A stretch of 64,000 nucleotides of DNA from Octopus sinensis (taxonomy: Eukaryota): NCBI RefSeq assembly GCF_006345805.1, contig NC_043006.1, positions 48,608,001 through 48,672,000 on the forward strand, written 5' to 3'. The notes beneath the pieces were generated by a model that was given only the letters and a program-made list of their open reading frames with translations, ran no database searches and was not told where the DNA came from. Positions 52,590-64,000 of this stretch are shown here, one piece after another (positions within the stretch are counted from its first letter, which is position 1; each line of letters opens with the position of its first letter). A program made the position numbers and the translations under genes.

Positions 52590-53054
52590 ATGTATATGTT
52601 TGTGTTTGTTTGTCCTCCGTAACTTAGTGGTTCGGCAAAAGAGGCCAATACAATAATTATTAGGCTTACGTAGAGTAAAGTCCTGGGGTCGATTTGCTCG
52701 ACTAAAGTCAGTGCTCCAGCATCACCGCAGTCAGATGACTGAAACAAGTAAAAGAGTAAACTTGAATTTTTGAAATGCTAGCAGCCAAACCGAAAAGACC
52801 CAACAAATCAACCTTTGTCTGGACTATTTTAGAGATTGGTATTCATTCTTATAAACTTTTTTTTTTTTTACCAAACTACCAAATTACAAAGAATGTAATC
52901 AAACCCAACACTGGTGAAAGTAATCAAGTAGTGATGGGGGACAAAAACAAACATACACACATACACATCGTGTACACCACACACACACATACGCACACAT
53001 CAGGTGGTGCCCTTGCATGGTTGCAGTTCAGTAATTGAAACAAGTAAAAGATAA

Positions 53055-53800
53055 AAGACGTGGGCCAAAGTGATGAGAAAGGATCTACAGATGTTGGGCC
53101 TCACAAAAGGGGATGGCAAGGGCCTAAAACTCATGGCAGTTTGCCATGCTTGAGAAAACACATCAAGCTAAGTTAAAGCATGGTTATCCTTTGCATGTCC
53201 CGTGCATCCCTCTCTAGCTGGGGGTTCCTAATCTTGTGTGCTCATGGTTACTGGTGCCACATACAAATCACCTGTAGTGGTACCGCATAAACGCACCGGT
53301 GTCAGTAAAGTGTAGAAGCACCCAGTGTGGAGGCACATAGCCTAGTGGTTAAAGCAGTGGACAAGCAGTCGAGGGATCGTGGGTTCAAATCTCAGACCGG
53401 GCGATGTGTGTGTTTATGAGCGAAACACCTAAGCTCCATGCTGCTCCAGCAGAAGATAATGGCGAACTTCTGCTGACTCTTTTGCCACAACTTTCTCTCA
53501 CTCTTTCCTCCTGCATCTTGCAGCTCACCTGCGACGGACTAGCGTCCCATCCAGGTGGGAAACCTATATGCCAAGGAAACCGGGAAAACGGCCCTTATGA
53601 GCTAGGCATGGCTCGAGAAGGAACAAACAGAACAAAAATCCCAGTGTGCTCTGTAAAGTGGTTGGTATTAATGAAGGGCATCCGATGGTAGAAACTGTGC
53701 CAAAGCAGACATGAAGCACAAGAAGCTTTACTGCTGGCCAGTTCCTATCAAACTGTCGAACCCATACAGCATGGAAAACGGGCATTAAGTGATGATGATG
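53055..53800 (+). mobile_element. 5'-truncated RTE (family C) including a C-terminal coding remnant, interrupted by SINE E
   Basis: From 53055 it reads KTWAKVMRKDLQMLGLTK (RTE C-terminal R.TW...V..DL..LGL motif). The 3' UTR resumes at 53640 and ends GATGATGATG. Confidence 0.7.
53327..53639 (+). mobile_element. tRNA-derived SINE family E, full length
   Basis: A-box TAGCCTAGTGG, B-box GGTTCAAATC and an (AAC)-rich tail; TSD CCCAGTGT at 53321-28 and 53640-47. Confidence 0.8.
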
Positions 53801-53972
53801 TAATGTATGACAGGTTTCACACAGTTTCTGTCCCCTAAATTCACTCATGAGTCATTGCTCAGTTTGGGGCTACAGTAGAAGACACTTGCCCAGGGTGCCA
53901 TGCCATGGGACTGAACCTGACTATACTGTCCTTGGAATGTCCCCATCATCTGATGCCTCTGTGGCAAATTCC

Positions 53973-54004
<32 letters not shown>

Positions 54005-54496
54005 TGTGCACTTGGGCCTGCAATTCCTTGTTTGTATGTACGTGTGTGTATGCGCCTTCAAGTGAATGTGAAAAGAAACAGATAGGAGCAATAATGCAGT
54101 GATTAGTTACATATGATTGACATGTTGTTAGTTACACCTTACCTGTTATTTGCAACTTACCTGTAATCAAATAGCCCACCTGTACTCTTCACCCACTCCA
54201 CTCCAAGACCCAATGGGGCTGAATTAAATTAGCAAAATTTCCTGTCCAGTTAAGTGTAGTTCCTGTCTTTTTTATCGGCTCCTCCCCTCGCACCACACTT
54301 TTTTCACCACCACCACACCACCCTCTATTGCAATCCTCTCCCACTACCAACCTCCACACCACTGTCACCTGCTTCATTTTTCCCAACCACCTCCCTTGCT
54401 AAGTGGGGGTCCCCATGAGTAGCAGCAACCAAGTATCTCACAAAGCACACCTAAGCACCTTAAAAATACAAGGTAACATTGGATAGTGTAAATATA

Positions 54497-55062
54497 AAGT
54501 GGCTGTGTAGTATGAAATTTGCTTCCCGACCACATGGTTCCAGGTTCAGTTCCACCATGTGGGATTGTGGGCAAATGTCTTTAATTGTAGTTTTGGGCCA
54601 ACCATAATCCTTGTGAGCGGATCTGATTGACAGAAGCTGAAAGCAACCCATAGTATGTGTGTGTTAGTCATTTTGTCTGTGTTTATTCCCCACCACTACT
54701 TGACATCCGGTGTTGGTGTGTTTATGTTCCTAAAACCTAGCAGTTCAACAAAAGAGACCAATAAAATAAGTACTAGGCTTTGAAAAAGAAAATAAATGTA
54801 CTAGGGTCAATTCATTCAACTAAAATTCTTCAAAGTGGTGCCCCAGCATGGCCACTGTAGAAACGAGTTGCAGCATCACTGGTGCCAAGCTGTTTCTGCT
54901 TTTGCCTTTTCTTTGGATAATATCCGTGGCATGGAGAGGGGAAGTTGGTATGCATGGGCGACTGCTGTTCTTCCATAAACAACCTTACCCAGACTTGTGC
55001 CTCAGAGGGTAACTTTCTAGTTGCAATCCCATGGTCATTCATGACCAAAGGGAAGCTCTTTA
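54497..55062 (+). mobile_element. Degenerate SINE A (54497-54858) followed by the 3' half of SINE D (54858-55062)
   Basis: The second part is the reverse complement of 61664-61800. Confidence 0.65.
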
Positions 55063-55100
55063 TTTACTTTTTTAAGAATTGAATAGAAAAAAATTTTTAA

Positions 55101-55472
55101 GACGCAGGAGTGCCTGTGTAGTAAGTAGCTTGCTTACCAGCCACATGGTTCCCGGTTCGGTCCCTCTGCGTGACACCTTGGGCAAGTGTCTTCTACTATA
55201 GCCTCTGGCTGACCAAAGCCTTGAGATGTGGATTTGATTGACGGAAACTGAAAGAAGCCCATCGTATATATGTATATATGTGTATGTTTGTTTTTGTCCC
55301 CACAACATTGCTTGACAACCAATGCTGATCCCAGTAAATTAGCAGTTCAGCAAAAGGGACCGATAGAATAAGTACTAGGCTTACAAAGAATAAGTCCTGG
55401 AGTCGATTTGCTCAACTAAAGGCGGTGCTCCAGCATGGCTGCAGTCAAATGACTGAAACAAGTAAAAGAGTA
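55101..55472 (+). mobile_element. SINE family A, full length
   Basis: Identity to other copies. Confidence 0.9.
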
Positions 55473-55984
55473 ATATTTTGTGTATTGTAGAAATATAAAC
55501 AATTTATTTCACAAATTTTAATAACAAAATTTGATATGGATCCGTAAGGGCCATACGGGTACATCATTTTTGCTACTCTATCCCAACCCCACATCATTAT
55601 TAACCACCTGTCTCATCACTTCGTACCCCTGCCACTGCCACCTCTGCACAATATTCCACTTGTCCTTCTTCCCCTCCACATTATCATCTCTCACTACCAC
55701 TCTTACTACAATAATGCTCCTCTCACAGAATTCTCCTGTACATTCCACTGTCACCCTTAACAGCACCCTTACTTCTATTTTTCCCTAACCGCTACCCCCT
55801 CACCCATCTCAATACTACCTTCAAGACCCTAACTGTCCCACCACCACCACCACCCACTGCTATCACTACCACCCATGTAAGACACCCCCATCCTCCACAC
55901 TCCCACCCAACCTCATCTCTTTCTGGAATTACAGACATCCTTATCAGCTGAATGATGATAGCTTACCATTTTCCTTCTTGCCCC

Positions 55985-56460
55985 CTCCCCCCCCACCCGT
56001 CTTCCCCATCTCTCTTCCTTGTTAACTTCATCATCGCAGCACCACTGGCTGTCACAACTGCAGCATCACTGCTACTACCACACATACTGTCACCACTCGC
56101 TGCCTACTATACACAGGTTCCTAACACCACCGCCTCACTACTACTACTACTACTACCACCACTACTACTACCACCACCATTACTACTACCACCATCACCA
56201 CTACTACTGCTACCACCACTACTATTACTACTACTACCACAACTATTACCACCACTACTACCACTGCCATCACTATTACTACTACTACTACCACCAGCAC
56301 TATTACTGCTACTACCACCACTACTACCACTATAACCACTGCCACCACCACTACTACCACCACTGCTACTAACACCACCGCTATTACTACTACCACCACC
56401 ACTACTACTATCACAGCAACCATTACTATTACTACTGTCCCCATTGTCTACCATGCTCGG
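55985..56460. repeat. (CTA/CCA)n trinucleotide mosaic
   Basis: Visible in the sequence; source of the poly-H/Y, L/P, S/G and V ORFs. Confidence 0.9.
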
Positions 56461-56750
56461 TTTTCAATGCCACCACTGCCACACACTACCACCATCACCC
56501 ACTACTTGTACTTCTAGTACTGCTGCCACACATACTGTCACCATCGCCCACCATACACAGTTTCCAACACCACCACAGCTGCTGCACTTAATTCTCATCT
56601 CATTTACTACACAGTTTTCATTATCACCATTATCTACTACTCTATCTCCCAAACCACCACCACCGCTACCACATTAACTGCTTGCTATCGCCTATACTAA
56701 CACCATCCTCTTGTTTCTTTCTAACACGATCGTTGTTACCACCATATATT

Positions 56751-57197
56751 CTTTTCTACTCTAGGCACAAGGCCCGAAATTTGGAGGTAGGGGGCCAGTT
56801 AATTAGATCCCCCTCACACATACACACAGTACACAGCTGGTCCGTGATTTATTCCCCCCCCCCCGAAAGGATGAAAGGCAAAGTCAACTTCGGTGGAATT
56901 TGAACTCAGAACTTAAAGAGACGGACGAAATACCGCTAAGTATTTCGTCCAGCATGCTAACGTTTATTTCTTTACTACTCACACGGGGCTAAACATAGAA
57001 GAGACAAACAAGGTCAAACAAAGGGATTGAGTCGATTATATCGAACCCGGTGCGTAACTGGTACTTAATTTATCGACCCTGGAAGGATGAAAGGCAAAGT
57101 CGACTTCGATGGAATTTGAACACAGAACATAATGGCAGACGAAATACCACTAAGCATTTCGCCCAGCGTGCTAACATTTCTGCCAGCTCGCTACCTT
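56751..57197 (-). mobile_element. SINE family B (56961-57197) joined to a related SINE copy (56751-56960)
   Basis: Two central domains in tandem; the junction is at AGAAA microhomology. Confidence 0.8.
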
Positions 57198-58826
57198 GAT
57201 ACCACCATATATTGCTTATGGTTGGTTAGCATAAGAGTTGGGGTATTAGGTTCACAACAAATGTGAGGTTGTGGGTTTGATTCCCTGCTTTGTCTAAGCA
57301 AAGTTTGTGTCCTTGAGCAAGGCTCTTTATTTCAAGTTGCTCCAGGCCACTCGTCTGCAAAAAGAGTACCAGTAACAGCTGTGGATTAACTCTGCAGAAT
57401 GGATCTCGTGGCCCATTCAGGATAGTATCTTGTATTATGTCACTTAACTCTTTAGCATTTAAATCTGCCAGATCTGGCCGAAATATTCAAAGTGACCAGA
57501 TTTGGCCTCTCACACCAACCCTGTAATGTCATTCTAAAAATTAACAGTTGCCTCATCAAAACCTCAAAGCTACAAAATAATGCATGATTAATTCAAAACA
57601 ATATGAATAAGTGGGCGTAGACATGGCTGTGTGGTAAGAAACTTGCTTCCCAACCACATGATTCTGGTGGACACCAATATATTTGAGGGTCCAAATATTG
57701 ATACAGGATCAGGGTCTGAGATTATTGTACCAATCAACTGTTCATCTCAGTGTTTACACCATCTTGGAGCGAGATCTGTGTTAGCATGCAACGTGAAGGA
57801 AATGTAGCTGTCGTTTCTAATGGATCAAATGACCATGTCGAGGCCCTCCTCCTGTTGGAGTTGTCGGTGGCTGTAATAGTGCTGTTTTTGTTTAGCCCTG
57901 GGTCAGTCCTTATCTAGCAGATTTGGTGATCAATGACATTCTAACCATGGCCATCTTGCCTTTCATTTCTTTCCAAACATACTATTAGCACACCTAGGTG
58001 ACACTATCCAGCTTGTCCTTCATTCTATAAAACAACACAATATGATTTGGGGAAAATTTAGCTGTTATTTTGAGCAGCTCAAGCAATCAAATATGAACTC
58101 TTAATCTCTCTCTTTCTTTCCCTTTTTTCTCCTCTCCCTCTCTCTCTCTCTCTCTCTCCCTCTTTTCCTTCTTCTCTCTCCTTCTTAATAGCTCAATAAT
58201 GTTAGTGATGTTGGTTATGATTGTGGTAGTGGTGGTGATGATGATGTTTAAACAATAAAGGTGGTGGTGGTGGCGCTGGTGGTGGTGTTGACAGTTATGA
58301 TTCAGTTAAGAGACTGGAGCAGACATAATATTATTGTTTTGTCTGCTGAAGATGTAGCTGAAGATGTAGCTGCAGCTGCCACTGCTGCTGATGATGATGA
58401 TGATCGCCATGAAAACCCCGGGAGGAGGTGGGAGGGTTCCACTAGTGATGTATCCACAGGAATTTACCATCAGATAGGATTCTTCCTTGCTAACATTCCA
58501 GGAGGTCCTTGCCATTCTTTCACTTCCGAATCTCTTGCAGACTCTTTTGTCTTTTACAGCAAACACCCACCCACCCCGCCTGCCCAGGCCACAGCATCAC
58601 CTGCCCCCCCCCACCCACTTACACACGCTGCTAACTCCCTATCTCTCCCCCCCTCCGCCGCACTCTGCCACACCTCTTTCATTGCCACCTTTTCCCCACC
58701 CGGTTTGTTTTATGCACCCACCCTGTAACACTTTGTGTTTCTCACCAACTTGCACATGTCTTCATGTGTGTGTGTGTATGTATGTACGTATGTATATATA
58801 TATATATATATGTATATATATGTGTG

Positions 58827-58854
<28 letters not shown>

Positions 58855-58868
<14 letters not shown>

Positions 58869-58961
58869 TACATACATACACACACACATACACACATTAT
58901 AGATACATATGTTAAATAACGTAACCAGTGCCTTAACACACACACACACATGCACACAGTT

Positions 58962-59010
<49 letters not shown>

Positions 59011-59118
59011 ATACACACACATACATACATACACACACACATACACACATTATAGATACATATGTTAAATAATGTAACCAGTGCCTTCACACACACACAT
59101 GCACACAGTTCCTTATAT

Positions 59119-59125
<7 letters not shown>
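58855..59125. repeat. Tandem duplication of an about 165 bp microsatellite-embedded unit
   Basis: CATTATAGATACATATGTTAAATAA(C/T)GTAACCAGTGCCTT...ATGCACACAGTTCCTTAT occurs twice. Confidence 0.85.
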
Positions 59126-59165
<40 letters not shown>

Positions 59166-59237
59166 TATATTCAGAGACACAGTTCTTCACAAACACACAC
59201 ATACAAACCTACATATATTACTCAATACATGCATGCA

Positions 59238-59275
<38 letters not shown>

Positions 59276-59450
59276 CACGACAGATGCACTTATCTATCAG
59301 GAATTTGACTGTCTCAGTCTTGCAGATCTGACTCTTTTATTAAAAGCACTTCCCACTCCACGTTGCCCATAGCTATCTTCTCTTTCTCCTCCCACTACTT
59401 CTCCACTCTGTCACACACACACACACACATATATATACACACACACACAA

Positions 59451-59481
<31 letters not shown>

Positions 59482-60898
59482 CACAGACACACACACACAT
59501 AGAAATATACATATGTATTATGCAACCCTTTTCTGATATACCCACTCACCTACCCAGCTAACCACCCCATGCCAACACCTTCCCACCCCACCACCACCCA
59601 TCCCCCACTACTAATCTTCAAATGTTCTGTTTTCTGCCTTTTAAATGCCCTTATCTAAGCAACCTGCTACAACAACCCGGACCCCCCTTGATACACAACC
59701 ACATTACAACCAGCGCCACCTACACCTAAACCCACCCCGCGATCATCATCATCATCATCAACAACAACGACCTTATCATGTAAACCACCCTTAATACCCC
59801 AATCCTCACGCCACCATCGACGACACCACCACCACTACCACCTTATCTATTCTATTGGACTACCTAACATTACCCTCACTGCCACCCCACTGTCAACCTC
59901 CCCCTACACACACAAGCACATACGCTTACACACTATCCCCTCCACCAGCACCACACACACACACACACACCACACACACACACACACACACACTTTTTCA
60001 GCAATGTAAAATATCTGATTAATCTCTTAATCATTAATATTGCTTTAAAGACATGTTTCCACTCTGTACTCACCCGCACACCCCCATCTCCCTCCTCCCC
60101 CTCTCTCACTTTCTCTGCCCCCTCCTTCCTTGACTGTGTCAAATCAAATGGTGTGTGTGTGTGTGTGTTTGAATGATTACATTTTCATTTTTTAAATATT
60201 GATGTATGTATATATGTATTTAATATGTTTGTGTATATACACGTGTAAATATATATCCGTTTATGTATGTAATATATATATATATATATTTATAAATAAA
60301 TACACATGCAGATATCAATTATATATAAGCATTCGTATGTGTGTTTAAAATTCATACATACGTATATATATATATATATATATATGTTACATAGTGAGAA
60401 ACATACACATGCACACATATATGTATCTACGAACATTTATACACATATACGCAAACACTTAGATGTGGTATGTATATGGACTGTAGAGGTAAGCTCCAAT
60501 ATTTTCCTAATTTTCTTCCTAAATTAAATATTAAAAAACATCTTAATTTGAAATTAGTTATCCTACATTCAGCGAATTCTGCTGCAATAAAACACATGCA
60601 TACAAGTCACGCACATGCACGGCACATGCAAACCTCCGCACATGTGCATACATGGGCACAAGCATTCATGTCTGCACATGCATGTACAAAAATGTCGACT
60701 GCGCACCCATCTATTGCTAAGACACTCAGTGCATATGCACATTAGTATGCAAGCTATTGCACATACCACAACCACATGGAGATATCCACACGTACATGCT
60801 ATATACATATATATACATACACACACATATGCATATATATATATATATATATACATATGCACACATGCATATATATATATATACATATGCACACATGC

Positions 60899-60954
<56 letters not shown>

Positions 60955-60968
60955 CACACACACACATG

Positions 60969-61364
60969 TGCAAGAGTGGCTGTGTGGTAAGTAGCTTGCT
61001 TACCAACCACATGGTTCCGGGTTTAGCCCCACTGCATGGCACATTGGGCAAGTGTCTTCTACTATAGCCTCGGGCCAACCAAAGCCTTGTGAGTGGATTT
61101 GGTAGACGGAAACTGAAAGAAGTCCATCGTGTATATGTATATATGTGTTTATGTCTGTATTTGTCCTCCCAACATCCCTTGACAACCGATGCTGGTGTGT
61201 TTACATCCCCGTAACGTGGCAGTTCGGTTAAAAAGACACCAATAGAATAAGTACTGGGCTTACAAAGAATAAGTCCTGGGGTTGATTTGCTCGACTAAAG
61301 GCAGTGCTCCAGCATGGCTGCAGTCAAATGACTGAAACAAGTAAAAGAGTAAAGAGAGTAAAAG
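60969..61364 (+). mobile_element. SINE family A, full length
   Basis: Identity to other copies. Confidence 0.9.
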
Positions 61365-61454
61365 AATAAACACAATAATAACTATATAATAACATGATAT
61401 ATACACTCCAATTTAAAGTTACATCCTAACGATTGACTGAAAAATGATGAACTA

Positions 61455-61530
61455 ACCCAGGCCAGAATTGAACCCACAAATCAATGCTTACATGGCTTCT
61501 TGCACATTCTATTGGGCCAATACGCTCACC
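61455..61530 (-). pseudogene. Degenerate tRNA-like head
   Basis: Minus strand TGGCCCAATAG (A-box-like)...CATGTAAG...GGGTTCAATTCT (B-box); poor cloverleaf. Confidence 0.4.
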
Positions 61531-61663
61531 CATCAAATTTAGCCAAATTATTTGTATAGATATATAACTGTCTTAATACTACATATAATGTGCTGGCTAC
61601 CTGTTACATGCCACCAGCACAGGTGTGTTCGCATAGCACTAGCACTTATAAGCTGAGACCCCC

Positions 61664-61934
61664 TTTGGTCATGACTGACCATGGAATTGCACCTAGAAAG
61701 TTATCATACTGGCCTCCCCTCTCCACGCCACCAGTGTTATCCAAGGGAAAGGCAAAGGTTGATACAGTTCGGCACCTGTGACGTCACAACTCATTTCTAC
61801 AGCTGAGTGAACTGGAGCAATGTGAAATAAAGTGCCTTGCTCAAGAACACAATACGTAACCCGGTCCGGGATTCTAATTCACAACCTCATGATCGTAAGC
61901 TCGACACTCTAACCACTGAGCCATGCACCTTCAC
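61664..61934 (-). mobile_element. SINE family D, with internal deletion
   Basis: Minus strand GTGAAGGTGCATGGCTCAGTGGTTAGAG head, TTCTTGAGCAAGGCACTTTATTTCAC core and ...CATGACCAAAGGGG tail. Confidence 0.8.
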
Positions 61935-62378
61935 AGGTATATATATATATAAGAGAGAGAGAGACACACACACACATGCATATATGGCAAACACAGGTAT
62001 AGCTGTCATTGTCATCATTTAGTATCCATGTTTGGGTGTCTCTTAAAAAACACCCATTGCCATACCACATAAAAAAAAAACACCAATATCTCTGTAAGAT
62101 GGTTTGCATTAGGAAGTGCATCAAGACATAGAAACCATTCCAAAACAGACAATTGGAGCCTAACGCAACTCACTGGTTGCAAGGATTTGAGAGGTTTTTC
62201 CAAGATTTGGTTTTCTTCCTTCCTCACCCTATTTAGTAATCATATTGACTGAAAATAATTGCCATTCACTTTGTACTAAGTTAACTATTTTTAACTATAG
62301 CAATCACACATTGTTGTTAGCTATACATACATACATACATATATACAAAGAAACAGACATAGTTGTTCATTTGAATCT

Positions 62379-62423
<45 letters not shown>

Positions 62424-63863
62424 GCACACACATATATGTATGTGTGCATTTTTCTTTTTATATATACATATATTTTTTTTTTTACATACACACTCAGATA
62501 TGCGCGTACTCACAAAGTCAGGCCCTTCAGTTTGAGGTGAACCGATGATGAAATAAAGTTTGTCAAGCTGGAAATATCCTAAATGTCAAGTGGATTGTTG
62601 TTGAGGAGGTGACTGAAAGACAATGGAGAAGAAGTCTTATGCTTGCGGGGAGGGGGAGCAGGGGGGGGGCTGCTGGTGCTTTGGATGGTGTTTGACATTC
62701 AAAACAACTGATCGTGGCTGTACTTTTTTTACCTGCTTTTAATCAACTGGAAGAGATTCCTTTACAAGACTGTCTGCGGTGTATGTGTATTTGTGTGTGT
62801 GTTTGTGTTTGTGGGACACTGTACATGTGTGTGTGTGTGTTTGTGCATGAAACTGTACATTGTGTGCACGTGTGTGTATGTTCTGGGCCCCTGTGTATAT
62901 GAATGTGTGTGTGTGTATACCTGTGTAATCAGAAGTTTTTGCTTAGATCGCGTGTTATTTTTATGTGTGTGCATATGTGCGTGTGTGAGGAAATGTGCGT
63001 GTGTGTGTGTGTCTATGTTATGTATGTAAGCATATATATGTGTGAATGGATGTATGTGTGTATGTATGAGTGTATAGGCATGTGCATATGTGTGTGTATA
63101 TGTATATTTGTGCATATGTGTGTGTATATGTATATATGTGTGTGTATATGTATATATGTGTGTGTGTGTATATATGTATGTACATATATACATACACATA
63201 CATACATGAATGTGTATGTACTTTCATGTGTCTGTGTGTGTATGTGTGTGTGTGTGTGTGTGTGTAGTTTCGGTGTCCATATCATAGATTGGCAGAGACA
63301 AACGCACACAGACAAACACAGTCATCACCATCATCATCATCATCAATGTTTCATGCTAGCATGGGTTGGACTACTAGCACGAGTTGTGTGGTGTGGTGTG
63401 TGTGTGTGTTTGTGTGCGTGCGCGTATTGAAGCTGCAAAATTATCACAAGACTGTTACTCAGTTTCACGTTTCCGTTCATCAGACACTTGTGTATACACA
63501 CACACACACACACACATACTTTAATACATACACATGCATACACACACACACAGGGACAATTCTTATGATACAGAGTCTTTTTAATCCTCATCATCTTATG
63601 TTATTACTGAGAGCAGCAAACAAAAGGATGTCAGGTTCTGCACTCCTGTTTAAGCATTTCATCAGCAAACATACTGTATGTACTGCTTAACCCATAATAA
63701 TAACTTTGGTGGGGGGGGGAGCAATTTTTCTATCACCATCATGGTAAATCTGGTCTTTCTGCTGCACCCTGTATACATGGGGCAGGGAAAATGGGGGGGG
63801 GTCTCTAATGAGCTTTGCTCGGTGGTTAAGAAAACAAAATGTTCATAATTGTCCAAATATGTA

Positions 63864-63995
63864 TCCATTCACAAGGCTTTGGTTGGCCCGAGGCTTTAGT
63901 AGAAGACACTTGCCCAAGGTGCCACATAGTGGGACTGAACCTGGAACCATGTGGTTCGTAAGCAAGCTACTTACCACACTGCCATTCCTGCGCCT
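63864..63995 (-). mobile_element. SINE family A, head only
   Basis: Identity to other heads. Confidence 0.85.
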
Positions 63996-64000
63996 AGCTA

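Larger units (their letters stand above)
47583..52759 (+). mobile_element. SINE family A split by about 4.8 kb of nested insertions (head 47583-47735, tail about 52590-52759)
   Basis: Head and tail are in the same orientation, each bordered by the internal TA/TG microsatellite. Confidence 0.7.

Overview
This 64 kb window is AT-rich, repeat-dominated eukaryotic DNA (intergenic or deep intronic). I found no host protein-coding exon I can support; nearly all ORFs in the track are read-throughs of microsatellites, minisatellites or SINEs. The SINE/MITE repertoire looks like a coleoid cephalopod, most likely Octopus. That is recognition from memory, not a database result. Contents: more than 25 copies of one tRNA-derived bipartite SINE (family A here), several other tRNA-derived SINE families (B, D, E), 5'-truncated RTE LINE 3' ends, and one full-length but disabled RTE LINE (48701-52406, minus strand; APE + RT + C-terminal CCHC-type finger). 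There are also Tc2-like, Tigger-like and piggyBac-like MITEs and two large minisatellites (20 bp and 17 bp units). The most notable signal is three unrelated short elements, at 23.2, 29.3-30.05 and 47.9-48.7 kb. Each carries a minimal type I hammerhead ribozyme motif (CUGAUGA...GAAAC-palindromic stem III-GUH), and each sits in an inverted arrangement typical of Penelope-like elements. One is fused behind a tRNA-derived Pol III head, making it a candidate ribozyme-bearing SINE/retrozyme mobilised by Penelope-like machinery. Family letters are my own labels, all folds were done by eye, and element boundaries are approximate.
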